Positions 48,342 to 51,033 of a DNA stretch of 51,033 nucleotides are shown in pieces. The translations under genes and the position numbers were made by a program. The notes beneath the pieces were generated by a model. That model was not told the DNA's origin. It ran no database searches and saw nothing but the letters and a program-made list of their open reading frames with translations. The DNA lies in contig DATHQE010000268.1 of the NCBI GenBank assembly GCA_035483035.1, forward strand, positions 1 to 51,033, in the 5' to 3' direction. The first letter of the stretch is position 1. Each line of letters begins with the position of its first letter. The DNA is from Streptosporangiaceae bacterium (GTDB taxonomy: Bacteria; Actinomycetota; Actinomycetes; Streptosporangiales; Streptosporangiaceae).

Positions 48342-49452
48342 GCAACCGGCGACGGCCGGTGCTCAGACCCTGTGGCGGCCAACGCTGCTGGCACGCCGTG
48401 GACACAAGGACGTGCTGCCCGACGTTTACCGCCGACACGATTACTCGTCGATCTCGATTTTCGTGGTCATCGTGCTGGCCGTCCGAACGCTCTTCGTCAG
48501 CGGTCTGTCCGCCCAGGATTCATACAACCTCTGGCTCATCTACGCGATTGCGGCGCTTGGCTTCTATCTGGTCTTCGGAGTCGCGGGCCGGTTCGCTTTC
48601 TCACAGACCTTCATGATGGCGCTGGGCGCCTACCTGGCAGCGTGGCTGTCGAAGTCAGTCCCGGTTTGGCAAGCAATGCTCTATTCGCTGGCGATCTCCG
48701 CAGTCGTCGCTCTCATTCTCGCGGTCTTGCTGATCAGGACGAACGAGTTCTATTTCGGCATAGCGACGTTGGCTATCGCCGGGATCGGCACTCTCGTCTT
48801 CCAGAACTGGACCGCCTTCGCAGGCCCAAGTGGACTTGTCTACAACATCCCGTCAATTGAGATTGGTGGTTTCGTCGCCGAGACGGAGACTGATTTCTTC
48901 TGGGTAATGCTGGTAGGGGTCGTGGTCGCCCTGCTGGTCGTCTCGCTGATCGAGCGCTCGCCGTTGCGTCGGGAGGCGATCGCGGCCAGAGACGCTCCGA
49001 TGGTTGCTCGCACGCTCGGTATTCCGGTCGCGTGGATCCAGGTGATCATGTTTGTCCTGGGCTCGGTGTTCGCGGCCGTGGCCGGCTCGCTATATGCGCA
49101 GTGGCAAGGAGTGATCTCTCCCGACACCTTCGGCATCGACCTGTCGATCGGAATCTTCCTCATGGCCATCCTGGGCGGCCTCGGTTCGATGTGGGGCGTG
49201 ATCATTGGCGCAGCCTTCTACGTCTTCATCCCGCAGTACCTGCAGTCATTCAGCCAGTACCAGAACATCATTTATGGCGGCTTGCTAGTGGTTATCCTCA
49301 TCCTGCTGCCGGAAGGACTCGTGGGGATCGCCGCCCGCGTGCGTGACGCGCGCCGCGGCCGGGCGCATTTGACCACGGGCCCTGGCGGCAACGGCGGTGT
49401 TCTGCACTGGCTCGCGGAGGCGGTGAGTCATGCTCGAAGCAGCCGGAGTTAA
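48316..49452 (+). CDS. ABC transporter permease, LivM type
   Basis: Multi-TM ORF with LWLIYAIAALGFYLVFGVAGRFAFSQTFMMALGAY. The start is uncertain (GTG 48316 or 48328), and both overlap the upstream gene. Confidence 0.85.
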   Translation: MRKLVPGSEQPATAGAQTLWRPTLLARRGHKDVLPDVYRRHDYSSISIFVVIVLAVRTLFVSGLSAQDSYNLWLIYAIAALGFYLVFGVAGRFAFSQTFMMALGAYLAAWLSKSVPVWQAMLYSLAISAVVALILAVLLIRTNEFYFGIATLAIAGIGTLVFQNWTAFAGPSGLVYNIPSIEIGGFVAETETDFFWVMLVGVVVALLVVSLIERSPLRREAIAARDAPMVARTLGIPVAWIQVIMFVLGSVFAAVAGSLYAQWQGVISPDTFGIDLSIGIFLMAILGGLGSMWGVIIGAAFYVFIPQYLQSFSQYQNIIYGGLLVVILILLPEGLVGIAARVRDARRGRAHLTTGPGGNGGVLHWLAEAVSHARSSRS

Positions 49453-50185
49453 TGTTCGGTTCGGCGGTGTGCGCGCCGTAAGCCAGGTGAGCCTGTCCGT
49501 CACGCGTCACGAGATCGTCGGACTGGTCGGCCCGAACGGGAGCGGCAAGTCTACGTTCTTGAACGCGCTAACCGGAGTGGTTCCCGCCTCTGGGTCGTTT
49601 GCTGTCGATGGCCAGGCGGTGAGTCTTGGTCGGCCAGCTAAGGCACGGGCCGCTGGCGTCTTGCGCACCTACCAGACACCGCAGGTCTATACGGCGCTGA
49701 GCTGCGTGGAGAACGTCATGCTTGCGACAGCACCCCGGCGCTGGATGGGTGCGAGCTCCGCCATCGCGGCGCGGCCCAGGATGATCGCCGCGGAGCGGAA
49801 TCGCTATAGCCGGGCCGTGGAGATGCTCTCAAGGGTCGGCCTTGCGGATCTCGCTGGCGCGCCAGCTGCCGGCCTAAGCTACGGCGATCGGCGCATACTC
49901 GAGGTTGCCCGTGCCCTCGCAGGAGATCCCAAGGTTCTCCTGCTCGACGAGCCGAGCGCTGGCCTGAACGAGCAGGAAACCGCGCGGGTCGGCGCCATCC
50001 TGGCTGAGTTCCGCGCCGATGGTTTGACGCTGCTCGTAGTCGACCACAAGATCGAGTTCGTCTCGAAGCTATGCGACCGAGTGGTGGTGCTGGCGCTCGG
50101 CGAGGTCATCGCACAGGGCGAGCCAGCGGATGTCTGGCGTGACCAGCAGGTCATCGATGCATATCTGGGTCTCGAAGATGCTTGA
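49430..50185 (+). CDS. ABC transporter ATPase, LivG type
   Basis: GGAGG upstream. Walker A GPNGSGKST, signature-like LSYGDRRILEVARAL and Walker B LLLDEPSAG. Confidence 0.9.
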   Translation: MLEAAGVNVRFGGVRAVSQVSLSVTRHEIVGLVGPNGSGKSTFLNALTGVVPASGSFAVDGQAVSLGRPAKARAAGVLRTYQTPQVYTALSCVENVMLATAPRRWMGASSAIAARPRMIAAERNRYSRAVEMLSRVGLADLAGAPAAGLSYGDRRILEVARALAGDPKVLLLDEPSAGLNEQETARVGAILAEFRADGLTLLVVDHKIEFVSKLCDRVVVLALGEVIAQGEPADVWRDQQVIDAYLGLEDA

Positions 50186-50894
50186 GGTCAGTCGACTAGA
50201 GGTGGAGTACGGCTCCGTCCGCGCCGTAAAAGGCATCTCCATAGACGTCAAGGAAGCCGAGGTAGTGGGGATTCTCGGCTCAAACGGGGTGGGGAAGACG
50301 TCCACGCTGCGCGCAATCACCCGACTGATCCCCAGTGGCGGCCAGGTGCGCTTCGACGGCGTGGACTTGCGCCGGATGGAACCCGACGAGGTGGCCAGGC
50401 TTGGTTTGCTGCATGTGCCCGAAGGACGCCACGTTTTCGCCGGCCTATCGGTGCACGAGAACCTTCAGGTCGGAGCCTCCGCACGTTGCGGCCGCAACGG
50501 AGGGCTGTCTATCTCCGACATCTATGACCTGTTCCCGGCGCTCGCGCCGCTCAGCAAACGCAGCGGCTGGGCGTTGTCAGGGGGCGAGCAGCAGATGGTG
50601 GCGATTGGCCGGGCCCTTGTCGGCGCGCCAAGGATGTTGCTGCTCGATGAGCCCTCGCTAGGCCTCGCGCCTGTTGTCGTGCAGGCCATGTTTGCCGCGC
50701 TCGCGCAGGTAAGCCGCCAAACTCCGATGCTGATCGTGGAGCAGGCAACTGGGCTGCTGCTGCGTATCGCCGCCCGCGGATATGTGCTAGCAGGCGGCGA
50801 GATCGTGATGAGCGGCTCCGCGTCGGCGCTGCAAGACCGCAAAGCTCTGCTGGATTCTTACCTGGGTCATCGCGGATCGAAAGGGGTCTCCTAG
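50178..50894 (+). CDS. ABC transporter ATPase, LivF type
   Basis: ORF 50130-50894. ATG 50178 (MLEVSRLEVEYG) overlaps the upstream stop by 8 nt. Walker A GSNGVGKTS, signature LSGGEQQM and Walker B LLLDEPSLG. Confidence 0.9.
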   Translation: MLEVSRLEVEYGSVRAVKGISIDVKEAEVVGILGSNGVGKTSTLRAITRLIPSGGQVRFDGVDLRRMEPDEVARLGLLHVPEGRHVFAGLSVHENLQVGASARCGRNGGLSISDIYDLFPALAPLSKRSGWALSGGEQQMVAIGRALVGAPRMLLLDEPSLGLAPVVVQAMFAALAQVSRQTPMLIVEQATGLLLRIAARGYVLAGGEIVMSGSASALQDRKALLDSYLGHRGSKGVS

Positions 50895-50949
50895 CCGACG
50901 TTGGGCCGTTCCGGAACCCTGTGATTGCCACCTCGAAGGGAACATTCTG

Positions 50950-51033
50950 ATGGCAAGCCTCGAAGACCTGATGACGGACACGAGCTTCACCAGGGCAGCC
51001 AAGGGCAAGGTCACCTTCCTGCCCGATCCGCCC
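50950..51033 (+). CDS. Possible 5' end of a further gene running off the window (MASLEDLMTDTSFTRAAKGKVTFLPDPP...)
   Basis: ATG 50950 preceded by GAAGGGAA, with 28 open codons to the window edge. This is too short to assign a function or be sure it is coding. Confidence 0.25.
   Translation, partial: MASLEDLMTDTSFTRAAKGKVTFLPDPP

Noticed and set aside
1-51033. A search by eye for CRISPR arrays, tRNA/rRNA genes, transposases or integrases, long terminal inverted repeats, toxin-antitoxin pairs and defence genes.
   Set aside because: None was recognised. The only repeats are short tandem repeats and operator palindromes, and the sole marked compositional dip is the 45.7-46.1 kb non-coding stretch.

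Overview
High-GC, Actinomycetota-like window that is almost entirely coding: about 50 CDS, and roughly 5 percent intergenic by my gene calls. I saw no rRNA, tRNA, CRISPR array, transposase or integrase. The content is a catabolic island built around CoA thioesters. It holds two Liv-type ABC importers (2796-7889 and 46063-50894) and four family III (CaiB/BaiF/racemase-type) CoA-transferases. It also holds one AMP-forming and one ADP-forming acyl-CoA synthetase, four PF04909-type amidohydrolases, eight SDRs (two apparently lacking the catalytic Tyr) and two LLM flavin/F420 oxidoreductases. Further genes are two crotonases, three MaoC hotdog hydratase genes, an adjacent acyl-CoA dehydrogenase pair, an IpdA/IpdB-like CoA-transferase-fold pair followed by an IpdF-like SDR, a PaaY/CaiE-like hexapeptide protein, three NTF2/SnoaL-like proteins and a hydantoinase A/B pair whose B subunit carries a four-Cys tail resembling acetone carboxylase gamma. 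Regulators are one IclR and two TetR proteins. The most interesting signal is regulatory. A 14-bp palindrome (core CAAGCGCTTG, fitting the KstR2 operator consensus AnCAAGnnCTTGnT as I recall it) occurs in ten promoter regions, plus one half-site I rejected. A KstR2-like TetR is encoded at 43499-44167, so much of the first 45 kb may be one acyl-CoA-sensing regulon that reaches well beyond the canonical steroid C/D-ring (HIP) genes. A second operator family (TCTGA-N7-TCAGA, four copies) links the other TetR (24685-25404) to the carboxylase-like operon and its divergent acid-activation operon. Other observations are 15/18-nt tandem repeats at gene junctions of the ipdAB-like operon, a 27-codon ORF exactly bridging two genes, pervasive GTGA/ATGA start-stop overlaps, and several hairpins. 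All functional calls come from motif recognition by eye. No database search or computation was run.
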